From: an uncultured Planctomycetia bacterium
Lineage (GTDB): Bacteria > Omnitrophota > Gorgyraeia > 2-02-FULL-51-18 > JAGOUK01
DNA length: 27,695 nucleotides
Reading direction: 5' to 3'
Assembly (NCBI GenBank): GCA_964532445.1
Contig: CAZHID010000002.1
Span: 1-27,695, forward strand
In this document: positions 15,990 to 25,498 of the stretch, one piece after another
How positions within the stretch are numbered: position 1 is the first letter of the stretch
Layout: every line of letters starts with the position of its first letter
Translations under genes and position numbers: made by a program
The notes under the pieces: model-generated
What the model was told of the DNA's origin: nothing
Databases searched by the model: none
The model's input: the letters and a program-made list of their open reading frames with translations, nothing else

Positions 15990-16693
15990 TCCTCGAAGTG
16001 AAGTCGCTCTGTTCCGGCTACGGCAAGATCCAGGCCCTCAAGAGCGTGTCGCTCAAGGTCCCGGCGGGCGGCATCGCGGCGCTCATCGGCTCGAACGGCG
16101 CGGGCAAGTCCACTTTTCTCATGACGCTGTCGGGGGTCGTTCGGCCCTGGTCGGGCGAGATCCTGTTCGAAGGCGCGCCGATCCATCGGCTCGGGGCCGA
16201 CGAGATCGTACGCAGGGGCGTCGTGCAGGTTCCGGAAGGCCGGCGCGTGTTCGCGCGGATGACGGTGGAAGAAAATCTGGACCTCGGCGCTTATACGCGG
16301 CCCGCGGGCGCGGACCTCAAGGCCGATAAGGAAGAGTTGTTCGCGCTTTTTCCGATCCTCAAGAAACGCCGGTCGAGCCTCTCAGGCAACCTGAGCGGCG
16401 GCGAGCAGCAGATGCTCGCGATGGCCCGGGCGCTCATGAGCCGGCCGAAGCTCCTGCTCCTGGACGAGCCCAGCCTGGGGCTCGCGCCCAAGATGGTGGA
16501 CGCGGTCTTCGACCTCATCCGCCAGATCAACGCACGCGGCATCACGGTCCTGCTCGTCGAACAGAACGCCTACAAAGCCCTCGCCCTCGCCCAGACCGCC
16601 TACGTGATCGAGAACGGCGCCAACGAGTTGGAAGGCCCGGGGCGTGAGCTCCTGACCAATCCGCGCGTCAAAGCCGCCTACCTCGGGGCCTAG
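15986..16693 (+). CDS. livF: Branched-chain amino acid ABC ATPase LivF
   Basis: GSNGAGKST, VPEGRRVF, LSGGEQQMLAMARAL, LLLDEPSLGLAP, AAYLG; ATGA overlap with livG. Confidence 0.94.
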   Translation: MILEVKSLCSGYGKIQALKSVSLKVPAGGIAALIGSNGAGKSTFLMTLSGVVRPWSGEILFEGAPIHRLGADEIVRRGVVQVPEGRRVFARMTVEENLDLGAYTRPAGADLKADKEELFALFPILKKRRSSLSGNLSGGEQQMLAMARALMSRPKLLLLDEPSLGLAPKMVDAVFDLIRQINARGITVLLVEQNAYKALALAQTAYVIENGANELEGPGRELLTNPRVKAAYLGA

Positions 16694-16702
16694 ACCCCCA
16701 CA

Positions 16703-16737
16703 CCCGGCCGGACCTCCGGTCCCCTGTCCGGGCTTTT
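16703..16737 (+). terminator. Possible terminator between convergent livF and cysE
   Basis: CCGGAC...GTCCGG stem (16708-16731) followed by GCTTTT; imperfect. Confidence 0.35.
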
Positions 16738-16750
16738 CCGATCTTATTTT

Positions 16751-17674
16751 TTAAATAGTGAACGTGCGCTTGCCGGGCTTGCGCTGGCGGGACTTGTCGC
16801 GGATGAGGAGCTGCTTTGTCTCATAAACGACAAGGGAATTGGGCTTCACGCTGTGGGTGAGAAAAACACCCGCGCCGACCGTGGAACCGGCGCCGATCAC
16901 CGTGTCGCCGCCGAGGATCGTCGCGTTGGGATAGATCGTGACCCGCTCTTCGACGTCGGGATGGCGCTTACCGCCCTTCACGATGCGGCCAGTCTCGTCC
17001 TTGGCGAAGCTGCGCGCTCCGAGCGTGACGCCGTGGTAGAGCTTCACCCAATTGCCGATGCGTGTGGTCTCGCCGATGACGACGCCCGTGCCGTGGTCGA
17101 TGAAAAAGTGTGAGCCGATCGACGCGCCCGGATGGATGTCGATGCCCGTGCGGCTGTGGGCCCACTCGGTCATCATCCGCGGGATGATCGGGGCGCCCGC
17201 CTTGTAGAGCACGTGCGCGGCGCGCTGGATCGAGATCGCCTCGATGCAGGGGTAGGCCAAAATGATCTCCTCGCGGCGGCGCACCGCCGGATCGCCTTCG
17301 TAGGCGGCCTCGATGTCGGTCCTGAGAAGCTCGCGCACCTGTGTGAGTGACTTGAAGAATTTGTCGGCGACCGATTTGGTGAGCTTGGCCGCGGCGGCGG
17401 ATCCCGAAGCTTCGGTGGGACCGCCGCCGGTCAACCGCGCCGCCTTGAGGATCTCTCCCTCCAAAAGGCGGGCAAAGCCTTTGAATTTTCGCGCGGCGAG
17501 CTCCTCGCACACGGGCGGCCGCACCGCGCCGTCGTCATGGAAGCCGGGGTAAAGGATCTGCAGCAGGTCTTCGCAGATGCGCGCGACCTCGCGCTTGGAA
17601 GGCATGGTCGTGCAATCGGCGGCAGGCCGGCCGGTCCGGGAAGAAGGCTTGCGGGTCCTGGAGGAGCGCTTCAT
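16751..17674 (-). CDS. cysE: Serine O-acetyltransferase (long N-terminal type)
   Basis: LLQILYPGF, DIEAAYEGDPA, IILAYP, RMMTEWAHSRTGIDIHPGA, FFIDHGTGVVIGET, KRHP and a hexapeptide-repeat region; alternative start at MPSKREV. Confidence 0.9.
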   Translation of the reverse strand: MKRSSRTRKPSSRTGRPAADCTTMPSKREVARICEDLLQILYPGFHDDGAVRPPVCEELAARKFKGFARLLEGEILKAARLTGGGPTEASGSAAAAKLTKSVADKFFKSLTQVRELLRTDIEAAYEGDPAVRRREEIILAYPCIEAISIQRAAHVLYKAGAPIIPRMMTEWAHSRTGIDIHPGASIGSHFFIDHGTGVVIGETTRIGNWVKLYHGVTLGARSFAKDETGRIVKGGKRHPDVEERVTIYPNATILGGDTVIGAGSTVGAGVFLTHSVKPNSLVVYETKQLLIRDKSRQRKPGKRTFTI

Positions 17675-17725
17675 AGAAGGATTATTCTATCACCGGGCAA
17701 CGGTGTTTCGGCGAGCGGCGATATT

Positions 17726-18382
17726 TCACTTGGCGGCGATGTTTTCGTATGCCGGGATGACGGCCTTCTCAGCACGCGCGGCGGCGACCCACTCCCGCGA
17801 CGCGGGCAGCGACTCGACCGCCTTCATGTACGCGCGGGACACCGCGTCCGTCCGGACGCCGTCCGCGAGGAAGCGAAAAACCACCGGCGCGTACATCGCG
17901 TCCGCCACGCTGAACCGGCCGAACAGGAACGGTCCGCCCCTCCCCCATTTGCGGCGCGCGGACTTCCATATCCCGAGGACCCGGTCGATGTCAGCTTGCG
18001 CGTCCGCGGGAACCTTGAAGCCTTGATAGCGGGCCAGGAAGTGGCACGGCAAATTCTGTCTTAAGGCGGCGAATCCCGCGTGCATCTCGTGCGAAACGGA
18101 ACGCGCTTCCGCCTTGGCGGAGGGGTCTGAGGGCCAAAGACGCTTGGATGGGAATTTTTCGGCGAGGTGTTCGCAGATCGCGAGGGACTCCCAGACGGCG
18201 GCTCGGCCGTCCTTGAGGACCGGGACCCGGCCCGCGGGTGAATAACGGCCGATCTTGGCGGCGGAATCGGCGCGGCGGATCAGGATGAGCTTTTCGGTGA
18301 ACGGGATGCCGGACGCCTTCATCAGAAGCCAGGGGCGGAACGACCAGGACGAATACTTTTTATTTCCGATGACCAGTTCCAC
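17726..18382 (-). CDS. Glutathione S-transferase family protein
   Basis: IGNKKYSSWSFRPWL, SPAGRVPVL, WESLAICEHL, EMHAGF, FLFGRFSVADAMYAPV; GTG start with AAGGAGG SD inside the cstA 3' end. Confidence 0.9.
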   Translation of the reverse strand: MELVIGNKKYSSWSFRPWLLMKASGIPFTEKLILIRRADSAAKIGRYSPAGRVPVLKDGRAAVWESLAICEHLAEKFPSKRLWPSDPSAKAEARSVSHEMHAGFAALRQNLPCHFLARYQGFKVPADAQADIDRVLGIWKSARRKWGRGGPFLFGRFSVADAMYAPVVFRFLADGVRTDAVSRAYMKAVESLPASREWVAAARAEKAVIPAYENIAAK

Positions 18383-20039
18383 TCACCCCTCCTTGGCGGA
18401 CGGCCTGGACCGTCTCGTACAGCAGCCTGCCCGCAAGCCCGAGCAGCACCAGCGCCACCAGACCGATCGGATCGAACACGCGCGGCGCGGCCGTGAGCTT
18501 GGCGAAGAACGGCCGGGCCATCAGGACGAGCGACCAGACGGTCATCGCGAGCATGAAGCCCATCGGGATCGCGGCGACCCACCAGGCCTTCTTGGACTTC
18601 CAGAGCCACACTGAGAGCACCATGAGCGTGAGCCCCGCGAGCAGCTGGTTCGATGTGCCGAAGATCGTCCAGAACACCTTCCACGCCGGGACCGCGTTGC
18701 CGGCCGCGTCGGTCAGCTTGAGCGATACACAAAAAAGCGGTATCGCCAGCGAAGCGAGTGTCGCGGTCAAACGGCCCCAGCGGGACTTCCAGCCGGTCAA
18801 TTCTTCGAGCAGATGGCGGGCCAGACGCGTGGCCACGTCGAGCGTGTCGTAGATGAACGTCGTGAACGCCAAAAGCACGAACGAACGGGCGAGGTCCTGC
18901 GGGATACCCAGATGCTGAACGAGCCGGCTTAAGCCCTCGGCGTAGATGCGGTCGGGCGAGGACGAGGTCAACGCGCTGCCCTTCACGAGGATCATGACGG
19001 TCGACAGCGCGATCACCGCGACCAGCGCTTCCAGCAGCATGCCGCCGTACCCTACCGCCCGGCAATCGGATTCCTTGTTGATCTGTTTGGATGTCGTGCC
19101 GGAGCAGACGATGCCGTGGAACCCGGAACACGCGCCGCACGCGACGGTCACGAACAGCATCGGAAAAAGTCCGATCCCCTTCTCGTTGACGAAGCCCAGG
19201 AAGGCCGGGTATTCGATCTTTTCACCGCCGAGGAAGAGCCCCACAAGACCGAATGCCAGCGTCACATAAAGGAAAAAGCCGCCGAGATACCCGCGCGGCT
19301 GGAGCAGAAGCCACACCGGGATCACCGACGCGATGAAGCAGTATCCCAGCAGCAGGACGTTCCAGCCCTGTTGCGGCGTCAGGATACCCAGGTCCGGCAA
19401 ACGCACCGGGATGAAACGCCCGAACCAGACCGCCGCCACTACGAGCAGGAGAAAGAGCGGTGTCGCGAGAACGAGCGGCATCCCGAATTTTTTGAGCGCG
19501 ATACCCATGGTCAGGCCGATCAGCAGGTACAGGATGGAAGAAGCCGCGACCCCTCCCCCCAGCTCAGGATCGACGAAGGAGCCGGACGTGATGTCGGTGA
19601 AGGCGGTGATGACGTAGATGAGCGAGAGCCAGACGAAGAGGAGGAAAAAATACCGGCCCTGTTTGCCGAGGTATTTGTGGACGAGCTCGACCAGCGTCGA
19701 GGCGCCGTGTTTGACCGAACCGGTGAGGCTCCAGAAGTCGTGCATCGCGCCGATGAAGATCGAGCCGAACACGACCCAGAGGAGCACCGGCAGCCAGCCG
19801 AACCAGAGGCCGGCGAGGATGGGCCCGACGATGGGGCCGGCCGCGGCGATGGCGCTGAAGTGCTGTCCGAGCAGGAATCCCCTGGAGGTCGGGATGAAGT
19901 CGACGCCGTCGTTCTTCTCGTGGGCGGGGGTGCGGCCGTCGTCGCTCAGGCCCGCCATCCGTCCCAGGAACCGCCCGTAGGTCAGGTACGCGGTGATCAG
20001 GATCGCGCAGACAGCGGCGGCCAGAACGAAAAGGGGCAT
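18360..20039 (-). CDS. cstA: Carbon starvation protein A (CstA) family transporter
   Basis: TPAHEKNDGVDFIP, GQHFSAIAAAGPIVGP, GAMHD, VACGACSGFH, GYGGMLLE, FGTSNQLLA. Confidence 0.92.
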   Translation of the reverse strand: MPLFVLAAAVCAILITAYLTYGRFLGRMAGLSDDGRTPAHEKNDGVDFIPTSRGFLLGQHFSAIAAAGPIVGPILAGLWFGWLPVLLWVVFGSIFIGAMHDFWSLTGSVKHGASTLVELVHKYLGKQGRYFFLLFVWLSLIYVITAFTDITSGSFVDPELGGGVAASSILYLLIGLTMGIALKKFGMPLVLATPLFLLLVVAAVWFGRFIPVRLPDLGILTPQQGWNVLLLGYCFIASVIPVWLLLQPRGYLGGFFLYVTLAFGLVGLFLGGEKIEYPAFLGFVNEKGIGLFPMLFVTVACGACSGFHGIVCSGTTSKQINKESDCRAVGYGGMLLEALVAVIALSTVMILVKGSALTSSSPDRIYAEGLSRLVQHLGIPQDLARSFVLLAFTTFIYDTLDVATRLARHLLEELTGWKSRWGRLTATLASLAIPLFCVSLKLTDAAGNAVPAWKVFWTIFGTSNQLLAGLTLMVLSVWLWKSKKAWWVAAIPMGFMLAMTVWSLVLMARPFFAKLTAAPRVFDPIGLVALVLLGLAGRLLYETVQAVRQGGVSGTGHRK

Positions 20040-20070
20040 GCGGGTCTACGAACCGCTTTTCATCGATCCG

Positions 20071-22158
20071 TTATTTGAAAATCGCATACTGGATGACGAA
20101 CGAGGCGCTGACGACAGCGACCATGGACATGAGCTTGAGCAGGATGTTGATGCTCGGACCAGCCGTGTCTTTGAGCGGATCACCGACCGTATCACCGACC
20201 ACCGTTGCCTTATGCGCGTCAGAGCCCTTGCCGCCGTAATTACCGGCTTCGACGTGTTTCTTGGCATTGTCCCAGGCCCCGCCTGCGTTCGACATGAAGA
20301 CGGCCAATGAGAACCCCGAAACGAGCGAACCCAACAGCATCCCGACCACGCCTTCGGCGTTGAAAAGCAGGCCCACAATGATCGGGGAAGCGATCGCGAG
20401 AAGGGCCGGAGCGATCATTTCGCGTTGGGCGGATACGGTACAAATCGAGACGCAGGCCGCGTAATCCGGTTTGCCGGTACCGTCCATGAGACCCTTGATC
20501 TCACGGAACTGGCGCCGCACTTCGAGCACGATCGACTGGGCCGCGCGGCCGACCGCGTTGTTCGCCAGTGAACTGAAAAGGAACGGCAGCATGCCTCCGA
20601 TGAAAAGTCCCGTGATCGTCTTGGGGTCCATCAGACCCGCGGTCAGCGGATGTCCCAAGCGGAGCGCGTCCGCCCGGTAAGCCGCGATAAGCGCGAGCGC
20701 GGTCAGGGCCGCAGACCCGATCGCAAACCCCTTACCCGTCGCCGCGGTCGTATTCCCGAGCGAATCCAGCGCGTCGGTACGCTCACGCACGATCGGGTCG
20801 AGCTTGGCCATCTGCGCGACACCGCCGGCGTTGTCCGCGACCGGACCGTAGGAGTCCGTGGCCAACGTGATGCCGAGCGTGCTCAGCATGCCGACCGCGG
20901 CGATGCCGATGCCGTAAAGACCCACCTCGAAGTTCTGCAGCCCGCCAGCCGCCCAGAACGCGACCCAGATCCCGCCCGCGACCGCGATCACCGAACCCGC
21001 GGTGGACATCATGCCCACGCTGATCCCGCTGATGATGACCGTCGCCGGGCCCGTGAGCGCGCTCTTGGCGATGTCCTGCGTGGGCTTGTAGCAATCCGCC
21101 GTGAAGTATTCCGTGCAAAAACCGATGACCACGCCGCTGACCAATCCCGCGAGCACCGAAAAGTACAATCCCCGATACTCCGCTCCGAGCGTCCAGGTGA
21201 TCACAAAATAAGATGTTGTCGCGATCAAAAAGGCGCTCACAAGAATGCCGCGGCGGACCGCGCCCAACAGGGATTTTTGGTCCGCTTTTTCGTGCGTCTG
21301 AACAAAGAAAGTCCCGATGATCGAAGCCGCGATACCGACCGCCGCCAACAACATCGGCGCCACGACGCCAGCGGCGCCCAAACCGGCTGCGAACGCGAGC
21401 ACGACCGTTCCGATGATGGAACCGACATAGGATTCGTAAAGGTCCGCGCCCATTCCAGCAACGTCACCGACGTTATCACCGACATTGTCCGCGATCACCG
21501 CCGGATTGCGCGGGTCATCCTCAGGGATCCCCTGCTCGACCTTGCCGACCAGGTCCGCGCCGACATCAGCCGCTTTGGTAAAAATACCGCCCCCCACGCG
21601 CGCAAAGAGCGCCTGGGTCGACGCGCCCATCCCGAACCAGAGCATGCCGGTCGTGACGACGCCTTCACGGGCGGAAGCCTCCATTCCCGCGTACAGATAT
21701 TCGGACAGGAAGTACCAGAATGAGAGGCCTAGAAGCCCCAGGCCCACGACAACGAAGCCCATGACCGCGCCGCCGGAGAACGCGATCCGAAGACCCGCGT
21801 TCAAACTCTTGGAGGCGGCGAAAGCTGTTCGACCGTTCGCGCGAACAGCCATTTGCATACCGATGAATCCCGCGAGCGCGGAACAAAGGCCCCCGGTCAA
21901 AAAGGCGAATGGCGCCGTTCCCGGCAAATGTCCAAGGCGCGACAGAATGAAGGTCAGCGCGAACGCGGCTGCGAAAAACATGCCCACGACCGTGTACTGC
22001 TGCTTGAGATAGGCGCTGGCCCCTTCAGCTATCGCCTTTTGGATCACCAGGATCGCCGGTGTGCCTTGAGGGGACCGGTTGATACGGACCATCAACAAGC
22101 CCGCGAAGATCAACGCTACGACCGCCCCGGCCGGCGCGATCCAAAACCATTCGTGCAT
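20071..22158 (-). CDS. hppA: Membrane-bound ion-translocating pyrophosphatase, K+-dependent type
   Basis: GGGIFTKAADVGADLVGKVE, EDDPRN, DNVGDNVGD, YGPVADNAGG, GNTTAA (Ala = K+-dependent), GGAWDNAKK, GDTVGDPLKDT; AAGGAAGGA SD. Confidence 0.96.
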   Translation of the reverse strand: MHEWFWIAPAGAVVALIFAGLLMVRINRSPQGTPAILVIQKAIAEGASAYLKQQYTVVGMFFAAAFALTFILSRLGHLPGTAPFAFLTGGLCSALAGFIGMQMAVRANGRTAFAASKSLNAGLRIAFSGGAVMGFVVVGLGLLGLSFWYFLSEYLYAGMEASAREGVVTTGMLWFGMGASTQALFARVGGGIFTKAADVGADLVGKVEQGIPEDDPRNPAVIADNVGDNVGDVAGMGADLYESYVGSIIGTVVLAFAAGLGAAGVVAPMLLAAVGIAASIIGTFFVQTHEKADQKSLLGAVRRGILVSAFLIATTSYFVITWTLGAEYRGLYFSVLAGLVSGVVIGFCTEYFTADCYKPTQDIAKSALTGPATVIISGISVGMMSTAGSVIAVAGGIWVAFWAAGGLQNFEVGLYGIGIAAVGMLSTLGITLATDSYGPVADNAGGVAQMAKLDPIVRERTDALDSLGNTTAATGKGFAIGSAALTALALIAAYRADALRLGHPLTAGLMDPKTITGLFIGGMLPFLFSSLANNAVGRAAQSIVLEVRRQFREIKGLMDGTGKPDYAACVSICTVSAQREMIAPALLAIASPIIVGLLFNAEGVVGMLLGSLVSGFSLAVFMSNAGGAWDNAKKHVEAGNYGGKGSDAHKATVVGDTVGDPLKDTAGPSINILLKLMSMVAVVSASFVIQYAIFK

Positions 22159-22171
22159 AAAATGTCCTTCC

Positions 22172-23107
22172 TTAATGAGCGGCGTCCGTATGGGTTTTTT
22201 TGACCGGCCAGATCATCGATGCCGCGACGGAAGCCGCAAGCACGGTGAGGATCACGGCCAGGGACGCCATCACGGGTAAATGGTAATGCTCCGCGATCAG
22301 CATCTTGATACCGACAAAAACGAGAATGAGCGCCAGTCCGTACCTGAGGTAATGGAACAGGTCCATGACGCCCGCGAGCGCGAAATAAAGCGACCGCAGA
22401 CCCATGATCGCGAAGATGTTGGAGGTGTAGGCGATGAAAGGGTCGTGGCTGATGGCCAGCACCGCGGGGATCGAGTCGACCGCGAAGATCAGGTCCGTCA
22501 TTTCGACCACGATCAACGCGACAAAAAGTGTGGTCGCGTGGAGCTTGCCGTTGATCCGGGTGAAGAAATGCCCGTGATCGGCGCTGTGGGTCACAGGGAT
22601 GAACTTTTTGAGGATCTTCACGCCGATGTTGTTCTCGGGGTCGATCTTCTCGTCCTTCTTGAACGCGAGCTTGAGACCCGTGAAGACCAGGAAGGCTCCG
22701 AACACGTACATGATCCAGGCGAACCGGTGGATGACCGCGACACCCGCGCCGATGAAAATAGCGCGCATCAGAACGGCGCCCAGGATCCCCCAGAACAGGA
22801 TCTTGTGCTGGAATTTCTTGCTGACATGGAAATACGAGAAAATGATGATGAAAACGAAGATGTTGTCGACCGACAGCGCGTACTCAATGACATAAGCGGC
22901 CAGGAACTCGGCGGCTTTGTCGTGTCCGTACCAGACGAAGACGCCGGCGTTGAACGCGAGCGCGGTGAGGATCCAGACGGTCGTCCAGCCCAGCGCTTCC
23001 TTGAACTTCACCTCATGGGCCTTGCGGTTCAGCAGCCCGAGATCGAGCGCCATGATGGTCACGACAACGACACCGAATGCGGCCCACAGCCAAAACTGGG
23101 TGGTCAT
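22172..23107 (-). CDS. TerC/Alx family membrane protein (possible Mn2+ exporter)
   Basis: YVIEYALSVDNIFVF, GILGAVLMRAIFI, VEMTDLIFAVDSIPAVLAI, SNIFAIMGLRSLYF. Confidence 0.92.
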   Translation of the reverse strand: MTTQFWLWAAFGVVVVTIMALDLGLLNRKAHEVKFKEALGWTTVWILTALAFNAGVFVWYGHDKAAEFLAAYVIEYALSVDNIFVFIIIFSYFHVSKKFQHKILFWGILGAVLMRAIFIGAGVAVIHRFAWIMYVFGAFLVFTGLKLAFKKDEKIDPENNIGVKILKKFIPVTHSADHGHFFTRINGKLHATTLFVALIVVEMTDLIFAVDSIPAVLAISHDPFIAYTSNIFAIMGLRSLYFALAGVMDLFHYLRYGLALILVFVGIKMLIAEHYHLPVMASLAVILTVLAASVAASMIWPVKKTHTDAAH

Positions 23108-23177
23108 GAAGTTCTCCGAAAAATAAGGTGAAGTGATCTATGGAAAGCGGGGTCGAAGGGGGTCATAAGTTCGCAGT

Positions 23178-23183
23178 ATTATA
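23178..23183 (-). promoter_or_regulatory. Perfect -10 hexamer TATAAT upstream of terC
   Basis: TATAAT on the minus strand in the 82-nt CPA2-terC spacer; no convincing -35. Confidence 0.4.
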
Positions 23184-23189
23184 CGGTAA

Positions 23190-25496
23190 TCAGGACATTC
23201 GCGAAAGAAGTTCCGAAGCCCGGTCGAGGTCGTCCGAGCGGCCGAACAGCACGAGCTCGTCCCCCGCTTCAAGCGTCATCTCGGATTCCGGGTTGTGGTA
23301 CACCTTACCCGACCTCTCAAGGCCCAATACCGTCACATTCGTCTCGGCCCTCAGGCCGATCTGACGGATCGTCCGTCCGACGGACGCCGATCCTTCGCGA
23401 ACGGTCATACGGCGCGTCGCCGCGGGCCCCGCTCCGGTCGCGACGGGCTTCTGCCGCGCCTTCTGCCGCAGGAATTCCGAGGCCTTGCGCACCTGCTCCT
23501 TATCCCCCACCATGAGCAGGACGTCGCCGGGCTGCAGCGTTTCCTCGGGACCCGGATTGGGGATCGAGTCATCATCCCGGTAGATCGCGACCACGGTCGT
23601 TCCGGTCGCGGTCCTCAGCCCCAGCGTCCGCAGGCTCTGTTGCAGGGCGGACTCGCTGAATGGCACGACGAAATCGAGGATCTCGACCTCCCAGGGGTAC
23701 TGGTCCCGGATGAACTTGACGAGCTCGTCCTGGGCCATCTTGACGCCGGCCGACGACGCGACCGACGCCTCCTTGTCGAACACCCCGAGCATCACGTGCT
23801 CCACTTTTTCATGCGTCTTGCGGACCGAGCCCCAGAGCAGCACGCCCGAAATGACCAGGAGACCCGCCAGACCGACACCGATCGGAGGGGTCGGGTTGAA
23901 GAAGGACCCCACCGCGAGGAACAAAAGACCGAAGAACACCATCACCAAAAAACGGAACACGTTGTGCACGCCGCGGCCCGCCTCGCCTGAAGGGTCCATG
24001 TGGCCGTCCGCCTTCCAGAGATTAAGGAAGACCACGTTCCAGAAGATCCGGTCGGCGGTGTGAGCCAGGCCCAGAAGCGGCGGGAACATCGCGATCCCGA
24101 CCCCTGTCCAGAACGCCGATCCCGCTTCCCAACCGAAATAACCGCGGACCTGAAGCGCCGCGAAGTACACCACCGCGCCGAACAGCAGGTACCCGGCAAG
24201 ACGCGGCATGTATTGACCGAGCCCCTTCCATATCTCCGCCTTGCGGCTCCCCTCGAACCGCACGCCGCCGACGTGCGTGAGCCAGGACGTGTAGAAGCCG
24301 GCGAAGTTCGAAACGCTCTTCGGCATGGTGCGCCGGATCCCGCCGATCACCGCCGGCGTGTTCTTCATCAGAAGGGGTGTCGTGAGCGCCGTGATCGCTG
24401 AGACCGACACAGCGATCGGGTACAGAAAGGCACTCGTCACGTTGAGCGCCTGACCGAGCCGGGCGATGATGAACGAAAATTCTCCGATCTGCGCCAAGCC
24501 CAAGCCGACCTTGAGCGAATTGGTTCCCGAATGCCCCGCGAGAAATGCTCCGAGCGAGCATGCCGTGATCTTTCCGATGATCGTCGCGAGCGTGATGATC
24601 GTGATCGGCAGCGCATATTCGACGATGATCTTGGGGTCGATCAGCATGCCGACCGACACGAAGAACACCGCGGTGAACATGTCGCGCAGCGGCTCCATCC
24701 GTCCGATGACATCGTGCGCGTGCCGCGTCTCGGCGATGACCGCGCCCATGAGGAACGCGCCCAGCGCCGCCGAGAAGCCCGCCTTCGCCGCCAGCAGCGA
24801 CGATCCCAGCGCCAATCCCAGGACCGTGATGACCAGCGTCTCATGGACCCGCAGGCTGCGGATGTAACTCAGAAGCTTCGGAACGATCAGGGCCGACACG
24901 GCGAGACCCACGACGATGAACGTGATCACCCGCATCGTCGAGATGCCCGCCTCGCGGAACGTAAGCTCCCCCGTCGTCGCCAGACCCGACAGGAGCGCGA
25001 TGATGACGATGGCCAGGATGTCCTCGACGATCAGGATACCCAGGATGATCTGCGCGAACTTTTCCTGGACGACCTTCATGTCGACCAGGACCTTGGCGAT
25101 GATGGTCGTGCTCGAAATGGACAGGATCGCTCCGAGAAAGAGACTGTCCATGGGTTTCCAGCCGAACGCGTTTCCGAGCGAGTAACCGACGCCGATCATC
25201 ACGATGATCTCGAGGGTGCCCGCGAACAGCGCCACAAGCCCCACCTTCATGAGCTTCGAGACGCTGAACTCCAGCCCGATCGTGAACAGAAGGAAGACCA
25301 CGCCGAGTTCCGACAGCGTCTGGATGCTGTGGACGTCCGTGATGAGCGAATAAGGAGGGGTGTTGGGCCCGATCAGAAGCCCGGCCATCAGGTAGCCGAG
25401 CACGGTCGGGATGCGCAGCCGCTGGAACAGGATCGTGATCACGGCGCTGGCGCACATCACGACCGCGAGGTCCTGAAGAAAAGTGACGTGCTCCAT
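23190..25496 (-). CDS. CPA2-family cation:proton antiporter with two C-terminal TrkA-C (RCK_C) domains
   Basis: GYLMAGLLIGP, LGVVFLLFTIGLEFS, SISSTTII, GILIVEDI, FFVSVG, AQIGEFSFII; then LRTATGTTVVAIYR...LQPGDVLL and LRAETNVTVLGLER...LEAGDEL. Confidence 0.9.
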   Translation of the reverse strand: MEHVTFLQDLAVVMCASAVITILFQRLRIPTVLGYLMAGLLIGPNTPPYSLITDVHSIQTLSELGVVFLLFTIGLEFSVSKLMKVGLVALFAGTLEIIVMIGVGYSLGNAFGWKPMDSLFLGAILSISSTTIIAKVLVDMKVVQEKFAQIILGILIVEDILAIVIIALLSGLATTGELTFREAGISTMRVITFIVVGLAVSALIVPKLLSYIRSLRVHETLVITVLGLALGSSLLAAKAGFSAALGAFLMGAVIAETRHAHDVIGRMEPLRDMFTAVFFVSVGMLIDPKIIVEYALPITIITLATIIGKITACSLGAFLAGHSGTNSLKVGLGLAQIGEFSFIIARLGQALNVTSAFLYPIAVSVSAITALTTPLLMKNTPAVIGGIRRTMPKSVSNFAGFYTSWLTHVGGVRFEGSRKAEIWKGLGQYMPRLAGYLLFGAVVYFAALQVRGYFGWEAGSAFWTGVGIAMFPPLLGLAHTADRIFWNVVFLNLWKADGHMDPSGEAGRGVHNVFRFLVMVFFGLLFLAVGSFFNPTPPIGVGLAGLLVISGVLLWGSVRKTHEKVEHVMLGVFDKEASVASSAGVKMAQDELVKFIRDQYPWEVEILDFVVPFSESALQQSLRTLGLRTATGTTVVAIYRDDDSIPNPGPEETLQPGDVLLMVGDKEQVRKASEFLRQKARQKPVATGAGPAATRRMTVREGSASVGRTIRQIGLRAETNVTVLGLERSGKVYHNPESEMTLEAGDELVLFGRSDDLDRASELLSRMS

Positions 25497-25498
25497 GA

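Noticed and set aside
23108-23189. yybP-ykoY Mn2+ riboswitch, often found upstream of terC/alx
   Set aside because: The 82-nt spacer contains a -10 box leaving about 65 nt of leader, with no recognisable two-hairpin aptamer.
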